Of a DNA stretch of 64,000 bases, positions 48,903 through 57,090 are shown piece after piece. The notes beneath the pieces are model-generated. The model made no database searches. It was given only the letters and a program-made list of their open reading frames with translations, and had not been told where the DNA came from. A program made the translations under genes and the position numbers. Origin of the DNA: Candidatus Latescibacterota bacterium (GTDB lineage: Bacteria > Latescibacterota > UBA2968 > GCA-2709665); assembly GCA_965226795.1 (NCBI GenBank), contig CBDDDZ010000005.1, positions 1,120,001-1,184,000 on the forward strand, read 5' to 3'. Position 1 is the stretch's first letter. The number at the start of each line of letters is the position of its first letter.

Positions 48903-49801
48903 GACAATCATACCATCCACATCCGGGATCATCCTTGGAAACCGAAGCTTCCCCGGGCCTGAAAGCCGGTGGTTGGGGCGGGCTGTTCTGGAAACGACTC
49001 CTGAAGAACCGACTGGCAGCCGCCGGGGGTATCCTCCTGTTGGGATTCCTTTTGCTGGCCATTGCCGCGCCCCTGGCGGCGCCGCACGATCCCTTTGCTC
49101 AGAACTTGTACGAACGCCTTCAACCCCCGTCGCTGACGTATCTGTTCGGCACGGATGATTTCGGGAGGGATGTTCTGAGCCGCGTCATCCACGGCGCACG
49201 GATTTCGCTACGGGTGGGCGTTTCAGCTGTACTGATCGCGCTGATTGTGGGCGTTCCCATCGGGCTCGTGTCGGGGTATTGGGGCGGCGCGCTGGATCAG
49301 GCGTTGATGCGGGCGATGGATCTGATGCTCGCATTCCCCAGTATCCTTCTGGCCATCGCCATTGTGGCGGTCCTGGGGCCGGGGTTGGAAAATGCGATGC
49401 TGGCGGTCGGAATCGTGGCGGTGCCCCAGTACGCCCGTCTGGTGCGGGCTTCGGCGCTGGCTGTACGGGGACAGGATTACGTACAGGCCGTGCGAGCGCT
49501 CGGCGCGGGGGATTTTCAGATCCTGTTTTTTTCGGTTCTCCCGAACTGCCTGACGCCTCTGATCGTACAGTCCACGTTGGGGCTGGCTACCGCCATACTC
49601 GATGCGGCGGGCCTGAGCTTTTTGGGATTGGGCGCGCAGCCGCCGACGCCGGAGTGGGGCGCGATGCTGACTGGTGGACGGGAACTGGTACTCCGAGCGC
49701 CGTGGGTATTGGCCCTTCCGGGCCTGGCGATTTTTTTTACCGTATTGGCATTTAACCTGCTCGGAGATGGACTACGGGATGCGCTGGATCCGCGGACCTG
49801 A
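48899..49801 (+). CDS. dppC: Peptide ABC transporter permease
   Basis: GTG overlapping the dppB stop; FGTDDFGRDVLSR, LSFLGLGAQPPTPEWG, NLLGDGLRDALDP. Confidence 0.93.
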   Translation: MRQSYHPHPGSSLETEASPGLKAGGWGGLFWKRLLKNRLAAAGGILLLGFLLLAIAAPLAAPHDPFAQNLYERLQPPSLTYLFGTDDFGRDVLSRVIHGARISLRVGVSAVLIALIVGVPIGLVSGYWGGALDQALMRAMDLMLAFPSILLAIAIVAVLGPGLENAMLAVGIVAVPQYARLVRASALAVRGQDYVQAVRALGAGDFQILFFSVLPNCLTPLIVQSTLGLATAILDAAGLSFLGLGAQPPTPEWGAMLTGGRELVLRAPWVLALPGLAIFFTVLAFNLLGDGLRDALDPRT

Positions 49802-50047
49802 CCCGGCTGTTTGAAGCATGAAATGCCCGTTTCGATATGGAATAAGCGACTCCCGCCGTGCCGTGTATATCGACCTGCAGGCGACGAATGGCGAATCCGC
49901 GCGGACGGCTCCGGTCAGCCAGTTACGTGCCAGCACGAAGCCAGGATGTAATGAGCGTCACAAATTAATGTTAATTAAGGTAATAAAGATATCTGAAACG
50001 AAGCACGCGTACGCCATGTTTCTGAAGGCTTCGGCTGGAAAAAGCGT

Positions 50048-50075
50048 TTGACTTCCTCGTTCGGTGGCGTATATT
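50048..50075 (+). promoter_or_regulatory. Sigma70-like promoter for a small transcript
   Basis: TTGACT-16-TATATT. Confidence 0.6.
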
Positions 50076-50081
50076 TTCGTT

Positions 50082-50338
50082 TACACGGAAAGGAGGTGGT
50101 CAAATGAGCGAAATGACCAGTGGAGGTGGCTGTAGTTAGGTGCGCTGCCGGGTGCGGGAGAACATCTCGTCTGGAAACGCGCCTGGCGAATCTAAACAGC
50201 CATCGAAAGACAGGCGATCCGTCATACCGATGGGCCCCGGCCATGTGTGTGGGGCGCCGTGAGATGGAGGCCGTCTCGAGAATTGCGCCGTGGTGAGATG
50301 TGGCCGAAAAACGGCTCCCGAATCGCGGCGCATTTTTT
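50082..50338 (+). ncRNA. Candidate structured small RNA / micro-ORF transcript of unknown family
   Basis: Bounded by a promoter and a stem plus T6; contains AAAGGAGGTGGTC, ORF 50104-50139 (MSEMTSGGGCS*) and a long imperfect stem at 50125-50204. Confidence 0.55.
50284..50338 (+). terminator. Terminator-like stem with U-tract
   Basis: TGCGCCGTGG(50284-50293) pairs with TCGCGGCGCA(50323-50332), followed by TTTTTT. Confidence 0.55.
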
Positions 50339-50357
50339 GTCTTATAAGGGTTTGTGC

Positions 50358-50386
50358 TTGACAAAGTCACGCTCACTCATTACTTT
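50358..50386 (+). promoter_or_regulatory. Sigma70-like promoter of the rplM operon
   Basis: TTGACA-17-TACTTT. Confidence 0.65.
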
Positions 50387-50470
50387 CAAAGGTTTGACAT
50401 TGCGTGGAACTGTCGTTGAGAGGAGGTGAGTTCGAATTCGGCGTTTTTGTGGACGCCATTCGGATTTATT

Positions 50471-50905
50471 ATGAATACGCCAAGCGCTAAAAAGAATGAC
50501 ATTGAACGGAAATGGGTTCTGGCTGATGCCGAAGGTAAGGTCCTGGGTCGCCTTGCAAGCGAGGTGGCACGGATCCTCATGGGTAAACACAAGCCATTTT
50601 ATACGCCGCACGTGGATACCGGCGATCATGTCATTGTCGTAAATACCGAGAAGCTCATTGTCAAAGGCGCCAACAAACCCGAACAGAAGGTCTATAAGCG
50701 CTATAGCGGGTATCCTGGTGGCCTGAAAACCAAAACCCTCAGGCGGGCGCTCGAAACGCAGCCTGTGTTTGTGCTGGAACATGCCATACGAGGGATGTTG
50801 CCACGTACGAAACTGGGGCGCCGGATGATGAAGAAGGTCCGGATCTACGCGGGTCCCGACCATCCACATCGGAGTCAGGTGCCCGCCGCGATCGACCTGG
50901 TCTGA
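50471..50905 (+). CDS. rplM: 50S ribosomal protein L13
   Basis: DAEGKVLGRLAS, GKHKPFYTPHVDTGDHVIVVN, YSGYPGGLK, IRGMLP, GPDHPH. Confidence 0.99.
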   Translation: MNTPSAKKNDIERKWVLADAEGKVLGRLASEVARILMGKHKPFYTPHVDTGDHVIVVNTEKLIVKGANKPEQKVYKRYSGYPGGLKTKTLRRALETQPVFVLEHAIRGMLPRTKLGRRMMKKVRIYAGPDHPHRSQVPAAIDLV

Positions 50906-50960
50906 AGTCCGCGGTATCGAAACAACCTTGGAGAATCGTTGACCGAGAGGAGGTGGGGTC

Positions 50961-51353
50961 TTGGCAGAGATCCTTGTTTCTGCCAGAGGCCGGCGCAAGT
51001 CGGCGACGGCAAACGTAAAGCTCTTTCCGGGTTCCGGAGAGATCACAATCAATGGCAGGCCGATTCTGGATTATCTGAGACGTGAGACGCTGGTGATGAT
51101 CGTGGAACAGCCGCTGGCGGTTACGGAGACGATCGGGCAATACAATATCGTCGCAAGCGCCAAGGGTGGTGGTCTGAGCGGCCAGGCCGGCGCCGTACGG
51201 CTGGGTATCGCCCGCAGCCTGCTCGCCCTGAACGAAGATCTCAAAAAACCGCTGCGCGAGGCCGGGCTGTTGACCCGCGACGCGCGAGAGGTGGAGCGAA
51301 AAAAGCCGGGCCGCCCGGGGGCACGCAAGCGGTTCCAGTTTTCCAAACGTTAG
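50961..51353 (+). CDS. rpsI: 30S ribosomal protein S9
   Basis: GRRKSATA, GGGLSGQAGAVRLGIAR, ARKRFQFSKR; TTG start after GGAGGTG. Confidence 0.99.
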   Translation: MAEILVSARGRRKSATANVKLFPGSGEITINGRPILDYLRRETLVMIVEQPLAVTETIGQYNIVASAKGGGLSGQAGAVRLGIARSLLALNEDLKKPLREAGLLTRDAREVERKKPGRPGARKRFQFSKR

Positions 51354-51405
51354 TCGGCTGTTTTTTTTCCTATCGGCGTGTTGCGCATCTGGCGACGCGC
51401 CTATT

Positions 51406-51485
51406 TCACATGTGTCCCGACCGCAGGCCGGGTGTCGGTTTCCGACTGGTTTGTGGAATGACGGTCACAGAGGATCAACCCGGAG
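51406..51485 (+). promoter_or_regulatory. rpsB 5' leader RNA (t44 / S2 autoregulatory leader-like)
   Basis: Lies before rpsB; CACA..., GGGTG (51430-51434) and AACCC (51477-51481) match the complementary elements typical of rpsB leaders. Confidence 0.6.
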
Positions 51486-51500
51486 TTTCAGGAGGATTGT

Positions 51501-52265
51501 ATGGCTGTCGTTGAAATGAAGGCGTTGCTGGAGGCCGGGGTCCACTTCGGGCACCAGACCCGCCGATGGAATCCCAAGATGAAGAAGTTCATCTTCATCG
51601 AACGCAACGGCATTTACATTATTGATCTGCAGAAGACACTGAGGCAGATCGAAGAAGCCTATCAGGTTGTAAGCGAGGCCGTGGAGCGGGGAGATTCGGT
51701 ACTCTTCGTTGGAACGAAAAAACAGGCTAAAGACGTCATTCTTCGGGAAGCGAAGCGCTGTGAGATGTTCCATGTAACCGAGCGTTGGCTTGGCGGGATG
51801 TTGACGAATTACCAGACCATTCGTCAGAGCATTCGCCGCCTTGAAACGCTGGACAAGATGGGAGCGGACGGCACCTACGAGAAGTTGACCAAAAAAGAGG
51901 TGTTGCAGCTGGAGCGTGAGAGGGAGAAACTGGAGAGATCCTTGAGCGGTATCCGGGATATGGGCCGCCTGCCGGGGTTGGTATTTGTGGTTGATATCAA
52001 AAAAGAAAAAATCGCCGTTCATGAAGCGAGGCGTCTTAACATACCGGTAGTGGCCCTCGTCGACACCAACTGCAATCCGGACGACGTTGACTATCCGATT
52101 CCCGGAAACGACGACGCCATCCGGTCCATCGAACTCATTACCCGCCTGGTCTCCGATGCGGTGCTGGAGGGCCAGAAGATCGGGCGAGAGGGGCCCGACC
52201 GGGCGGAAGACGAACCCCAATTGCTTGGCCCGGAAATTACCGTAATTACCGAAGTCAACGAATGA
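51501..52265 (+). CDS. rpsB: 30S ribosomal protein S2
   Basis: [47 protein letters not shown]. Confidence 0.99.
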   Translation: MAVVEMKALLEAGVHFGHQTRRWNPKMKKFIFIERNGIYIIDLQKTLRQIEEAYQVVSEAVERGDSVLFVGTKKQAKDVILREAKRCEMFHVTERWLGGMLTNYQTIRQSIRRLETLDKMGADGTYEKLTKKEVLQLEREREKLERSLSGIRDMGRLPGLVFVVDIKKEKIAVHEARRLNIPVVALVDTNCNPDDVDYPIPGNDDAIRSIELITRLVSDAVLEGQKIGREGPDRAEDEPQLLGPEITVITEVNE

Positions 52266-52310
52266 CGACCAGAATAGAAGGGAGAGGCGTTACGCCTGCG
52301 GGGAGAACAA

Positions 52311-52910
52311 ATGGCAATTTCTGCGAAGATGGTTCAGGAACTACGGGCCAAGACTAATGTGGGGATGATGGATTGCAAACGGGCTCTCGTCGAGAGTGAC
52401 GGGGATATGGAGATAGCCATCGAGCTCCTGCGGACCCGTGGCGTCGCCAAGGCGGGAGACCGTGCGCACCGGGCGGCGAAGGAAGGGCTGATCACGTCGT
52501 ACATTCACACTGGCAGCAAGCTCGGCGTGATGCTGGAAGTCAACAGCGAGACCGATTTTGTTGCCCGAACGGATCAGTTCCGGACTTTTGCCCGGGATCT
52601 TGCAATGCACATCGCCGCCAGCGCGCCCGTCGCCGTGAGCCGGGATCAACTGGATGAGTCCAGCATCGAGCGCGAACGCCGGATCTTCAGGCAGCAGGCG
52701 CTGGATGAGGGAAAACCCGAGCGGGTTCTCGACCGGATCGTAGAGGGGCGTCTGGAGAAGTATTTTCAGGAGGTCTGCCTCATGGAACAGCCCTTTGTGA
52801 AGGATCCGGACAAGACAGTCAGAGACCTGTTAATGGACCTGATCGCCCAGTGCGGCGAAAATGTGACCATCAGACGGTTTGTGCGGTTAGTTCTCGGAGA
52901 GGCGAGCTGA
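52311..52910 (+). CDS. tsf: Elongation factor Ts (short form)
   Basis: LRAKTNVGMMDCKRAL, EVNSETDFVA, QPFVKDPD, RRFVR. Confidence 0.99.
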   Translation: MAISAKMVQELRAKTNVGMMDCKRALVESDGDMEIAIELLRTRGVAKAGDRAHRAAKEGLITSYIHTGSKLGVMLEVNSETDFVARTDQFRTFARDLAMHIAASAPVAVSRDQLDESSIERERRIFRQQALDEGKPERVLDRIVEGRLEKYFQEVCLMEQPFVKDPDKTVRDLLMDLIAQCGENVTIRRFVRLVLGEAS

Positions 52911-53026
52911 GGGCCCGGTATCCACGCAGCGAATCAGTCCCGTGACCAGTTCGGCGCGCCACGTGAGTTGAAGATCGGAATCTCTTTATCGTGTGAGTCC
53001 GCTATCTTCACGAAGGGACGCAGCAG

Positions 53027-53584
53027 ATGGTTGACGAGATTCTTTCAGAGACCAGGCAGTCGATGGCAAAAGCCGTGGAGGCATTTCAACACGAAATAGC
53101 CACGGTTCGGACCGGACGGGCAAACACGGCATTGCTGGACAACATCCGCGCTGAGTATTACGGCACCAGAGTGCCTCTCAACCAGGTGGCCACTATTGGC
53201 GTGCCGGAGCCGCGGCTGATTATTCTTCAACCGTGGGACAAGAGCGCAATCCCGGCTATTGAAAAGGCCATACAGACGTCGAATCTGGGTCTGACTCCCT
53301 CCAGCGACGGAACGGTAATTCGTTTGCCGATACCGCATCTGACGGAAGAGCGCCGCACGGAACTCGTGCGCGTGGTTCGCCAGATGGCGGAAGAGTGCAA
53401 GGTTTCTGTGCGCAATGCCCGGAGGGACGCCAACGAGATGTTCAGAGACGGTCAGAAAGAGGGCGAAATCCCGGAAGACGATTCCAGGACGGGGCAGGAA
53501 CAGACGCAGAAGCTGACCGACGATTTCGTGGCGGACATCGACAAGCTGCTTGCGCGGAAGAAAGAGGAGATTATGGAGGTCTGA
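53027..53584 (+). CDS. frr: Ribosome recycling factor
   Basis: VRTGRA, YYG, IQPWD-like LQPWD, LTEERR, VRNARRDAN, KKEEIMEV. Confidence 0.99.
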   Translation: MVDEILSETRQSMAKAVEAFQHEIATVRTGRANTALLDNIRAEYYGTRVPLNQVATIGVPEPRLIILQPWDKSAIPAIEKAIQTSNLGLTPSSDGTVIRLPIPHLTEERRTELVRVVRQMAEECKVSVRNARRDANEMFRDGQKEGEIPEDDSRTGQEQTQKLTDDFVADIDKLLARKKEEIMEV

Positions 53585-53719
53585 TTTCTCTTGTACGTCC
53601 TCCTGGAATCGCTGCTTTCAGATCAACCGAGGGCGGCGGTTTTTGTTTGCCCGCCGATGAGAGGCTTCCAAAGACCTGAACCATATGAATCCCGGTGAGA
53701 ATAACTTTCCTCTGGGCCG

Positions 53720-54046
53720 GTGACCCGCGTGCTCATTGGGTTCATAGGCGACGGACACGGACGCGTGCAACGTGCCATCGCCCTGATCGCCACCTGGCAG
53801 CAACGAAACGACCGGCCTTTCGACTTCCTGATTCAGGTCGGAGACCTGCCCTACGTGCCAATATATAGTGAGACAACTCCCCATCCGGGTTTAGTGACGT
53901 ATATTGGCCCGAGTAGAGAGCAGGAGATGACGGTAGTGACATCGCACAGAATCTGGAAACTCTGGAAAAAGGGCCTTGACACGTCGTCGATCGGCTGGAC
54001 CGGTATCACGACGATTTCTGATCGCCTCTTCCCAGGCGTACTCTGA
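53720..54046 (+). pseudogene. Truncated metallophosphoesterase-like remnant
   Basis: IGFIGDGHG and FLIQVGDL (motifs I and II) are present; no GNH motif III; only 108 aa. Confidence 0.45.
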
Positions 54047-54047
54047 T

Positions 54048-54758
54048 ATGCTCTTGTTCGAGGTCATCGCGGTTATCTTTGTGGCGGCGCTCGTCCACTC
54101 AACGCTCGGGTTCGGAACCGCCCTGGTGGCGATGCCGATGCTTGTGACGGTTCTGGATGTCAACGTGGCGACGCCTTTGGTCGGCCTGACGATGTTGACC
54201 ACAATCGCCCTGCACCTGGTTCGATCGTGGCGGGACCTGGACGTCAGGGCCGCGGTACACTTGCTCGCCGCTTCGGTTTTTGGAATTCCTCTCGGTTTGC
54301 TGATCCTTCGTTTTGCACCCCAGGATGCCTTCAAGGCCGGGCTCGGAATCCTGCTCATCGCTGTCGGTCTATATAACATGAGATCATCTGTCATGCCAAG
54401 ACTTGAACATATCGGATGGGCGCACGCGTTCGGCTTCATGTCCGGCGTCCTCGGCGGCGCATATAACGTCAACGCGGCGCCGGTGGCTGTTTACGGGATC
54501 TTGCGGCGGTGGCCGCCGGATCACTTCAGGGCGACGCTGCAGGGGTACTTCTTTCCCTCGACCCTGCTCATTGTGGCGAGCCACGGCTTGGCCGGACTGT
54601 GGTCGGGGGAGGTATTCGGATTCTATCTGCCGGCCGTGCCCGCCATCATTCTTGCGGTTGTTCTGGGCCAAATCATCGGCGCGCGCATCCCTTCCGCCCG
54701 ATTTCAGCGCGTTCTCTACGCGGCGCTACTGATATTTGGGGTCCTTCTGCTCGTTTAG
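54048..54758 (+). CDS. TauE/SafE (TSUP) family membrane protein
   Basis: STLGFGTALVAMP, GFMSGVLGGA, FRATLQ; highly hydrophobic. Confidence 0.9.
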   Translation: MLLFEVIAVIFVAALVHSTLGFGTALVAMPMLVTVLDVNVATPLVGLTMLTTIALHLVRSWRDLDVRAAVHLLAASVFGIPLGLLILRFAPQDAFKAGLGILLIAVGLYNMRSSVMPRLEHIGWAHAFGFMSGVLGGAYNVNAAPVAVYGILRRWPPDHFRATLQGYFFPSTLLIVASHGLAGLWSGEVFGFYLPAVPAIILAVVLGQIIGARIPSARFQRVLYAALLIFGVLLLV

Positions 54759-54856
54759 CCGTTACAGACAGGCCCCGATTGACGCATTGCGTGTTTAATT
54801 GAACGTGACGTTCTTCAATTGCGCGGTTCGGCAACCAATTCGCAAAGGAGAGAAGA

Positions 54857-55219
54857 GTGAATGCTACAGAACCCATGGTCGTCCACTACGTCAACGAGAT
54901 GGACAGGGCGTTGCCTTTTTACCGCGACGTCATCGGACTGGAGGTGGTTTTCGAATCGCCGGGTTGGAGCACGCTTCGCTGCGGGGGGTGCATCGTGGCC
55001 CTCCATATCCTGTCTACCGGGATGAGCGAGGGCGCCGTCGCCCACGCGGGGCTGAATCTCCACGTGGATGATCTCGACGCTGCGGTGAAGGAAGTGGTGG
55101 CCGGCGGGGGCGAAATCAGAAACGTCCGCGAAGCCGGCGGCGGTATACCGGTGCGTATCGCCGTCATCAGCGACACGGAAGGCAACGTCTTCGAACTGCG
55201 CCAATACGTCGGCGACTGA
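54857..55219 (+). CDS. VOC/glyoxalase family protein
   Basis: VNEMDRALPFYRDVIGL, VDDLDAA, DTEGNVFEL. Confidence 0.9.
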   Translation: MNATEPMVVHYVNEMDRALPFYRDVIGLEVVFESPGWSTLRCGGCIVALHILSTGMSEGAVAHAGLNLHVDDLDAAVKEVVAGGGEIRNVREAGGGIPVRIAVISDTEGNVFELRQYVGD

Positions 55220-55393
55220 TACCTAAGCCATGAACCAGTGTAAGGAACCGGAATCCGGTGGCATGTCGCCAACCATCGCCGACGGCAGCTCTTCTCGTCC
55301 GCGATCTCGAATTCGCACCGCACCCGAATCGGACGGTTTCGATACGTCCGTCGGTGCTGATTCCGTGGTCAACCACCAGAAGGAGGTTTCTCC

Positions 55394-55921
55394 GTGAAGA
55401 ATTGTGTACTCGCCGTGGTTTTGTCTGCCGTTGTCCTGTTCGTCTGGGGGTTTGTCTCGTGGACAATTCTTCCGTGGCACAATATGGTTGCGAACAAATT
55501 CGCGGACGAATCGGCTGTTTCAACGGTCCTCAAGGAAAACGCGACGACTGCCGGGATCTACTATCTACCATTTGCCCAGGAAGATCTCAAGCCAGGAGGA
55601 GTATTCGCCCTCGCGAACGTATTGCCCGACGGCGCCGATACGAACATGGGCAGTATGATGGGCGTCGGCCTTGTGGGTCAAGCGGTCTCCGCCTTGCTCG
55701 TTCTTCTTCTGCTGGGTAACACATCGAACCTCGGTTACTGGGAACGGGTTCGCTTTGTCGCCCTTGCAGGTGTGGCCATCGGCTTTGTCAGCCACTTCCC
55801 CTACTGGAACTGGTTTGGCTTCTCGACGTCGTATACGCTTGTGATCATCCTGGACTCGTTGGTCGCGTGGCTTCTGGCGGGGCTTGTCATAGCCAAATTC
55901 GTCGAAGGGAAATCCACATAG
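55394..55921 (+). CDS. Hypothetical membrane protein
   Basis: AAGGAGG RBS; WGFVSWTILPWH, GIYYLP, YWNWFGFS; about four hydrophobic segments. Confidence 0.85.
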   Translation: MKNCVLAVVLSAVVLFVWGFVSWTILPWHNMVANKFADESAVSTVLKENATTAGIYYLPFAQEDLKPGGVFALANVLPDGADTNMGSMMGVGLVGQAVSALLVLLLLGNTSNLGYWERVRFVALAGVAIGFVSHFPYWNWFGFSTSYTLVIILDSLVAWLLAGLVIAKFVEGKST

Positions 55922-56022
55922 GAATCGGTTTACTCCTACTTGGCAAACTTGTAAGCGAATACGGCTGCCGGAGAGGTATTGCCAGGAGCGGCGAAGGGCA
56001 CCGAACGGTGCAACCCGAGCCC

Positions 56023-56113
56023 GTGCCCTGAGTCTGTCGAAGGGTAGCGAAACGCGCATTTCGACAAGCCGTTTCGACAGGCTCAACGCAAGCAATGGCC
56101 ACGCTTCGACAGG
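56023..56113. repeat. REP-like palindromic intergenic repeat, copy 2
   Basis: CCCTGAGTCTGTCGAAGGGTAGCGAAAC...TTCGACAGGCTCAA; collinear with 46044-46138. Confidence 0.8.
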
Positions 56114-56159
56114 CAAAGCTTCCGCAAGGTGAAGGTAGTGATGACGATCGAGGGATCGA

Positions 56160-57059
56160 ATGGCTTCGCAGCAATCCGGACTGTCTACGCAAGCGCACAG
56201 GGCGAGCAGAACGGCGAATCTGGCGGCTTGCGTACGCGCGTATCATTGTGGCTGGCACGAGTCGCCGATCTTCGCCGACACCTATGCAATTGACATGATA
56301 TCTAATTTCTGGCGTGTGATCGCCAGGAACAGAATCCTCAGCTGGTTCGTCGTTCACACGGTGTTTCGGGCTTTCCGTCCCATACACACTGAAATTATCC
56401 TTCGGGCACGGTATGCCGAAGACCGTCTTATGAAAGCCTTGCCGGCGGGGGTTGGACAGTACGCCATTCTCGGCGCCGGTCTCGATACGTTTTCCATGCG
56501 CCACAAGGGGCTTGCGGACAGGTTGCGGATATTTGAGCTGGACCATCCCGCGACCCAGGAGATGAAGCGTGAAAAGGTGCTAAGAGTCGATGGCGAGATA
56601 CCAGCCAATCTGGTGTTCGTTCCCATCGACTTTGAAACCGATAATCTCGACGATGCGCTTGCCCAGGCCGGTTTCGATCCTCTGGCGCCGTCGTTTTTTT
56701 CGTGGCTGGGAACGACCTACTATCTCACGAAAGACGCGATACGCGAGACGCTCGGTCGTATTGCGGGCGTCGCAGCCCCCGGCAGCCGTATTGTTTTCGA
56801 TTACAAGCTTGCCAGGCATCTCGTTCCGGCGGAGAGCCTGCAATTCGCCGACAAGCTGGACGGCTTCGTGGCTCGTCGGGGAGAGCCGATGATTTCCACC
56901 TTCACGCCGGAGGAGTTGAAAGAGGTGATGTCCGGATTCGGCTTTGCCGAAATGGAGAATATCCCCGCCGGCGCACAGAAATGCCTTTACCTGAACGAGA
57001 GATCCGACCTGGTCGATCCGGCACCGAATTTTTCCTTCGCGTTGTATGGCGTGACTTGA
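56160..57059 (+). CDS. Class I SAM-dependent methyltransferase (leucine carboxyl methyltransferase-like)
   Basis: RARYAED, QYAILGAGLDT, FELDHPATQ, VPIDFE, WLGTTYYL. Confidence 0.92.
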   Translation: MASQQSGLSTQAHRASRTANLAACVRAYHCGWHESPIFADTYAIDMISNFWRVIARNRILSWFVVHTVFRAFRPIHTEIILRARYAEDRLMKALPAGVGQYAILGAGLDTFSMRHKGLADRLRIFELDHPATQEMKREKVLRVDGEIPANLVFVPIDFETDNLDDALAQAGFDPLAPSFFSWLGTTYYLTKDAIRETLGRIAGVAAPGSRIVFDYKLARHLVPAESLQFADKLDGFVARRGEPMISTFTPEELKEVMSGFGFAEMENIPAGAQKCLYLNERSDLVDPAPNFSFALYGVT

Positions 57060-57090
57060 CCTTTGGTTGTGACGACGTGAAGGTCACACT

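Noticed and set aside
50082..50338. Identity as tmRNA, SRP RNA, RNase P RNA, 6S RNA or a 16S rRNA fragment
   Set aside because: No tRNA-like ends, no SRP GGAA-loop domain, no RNase P P4 consensus; similarity to the 16S tail complement stops after 13 nt. 6S seems unlikely but cannot be excluded without a covariance search.
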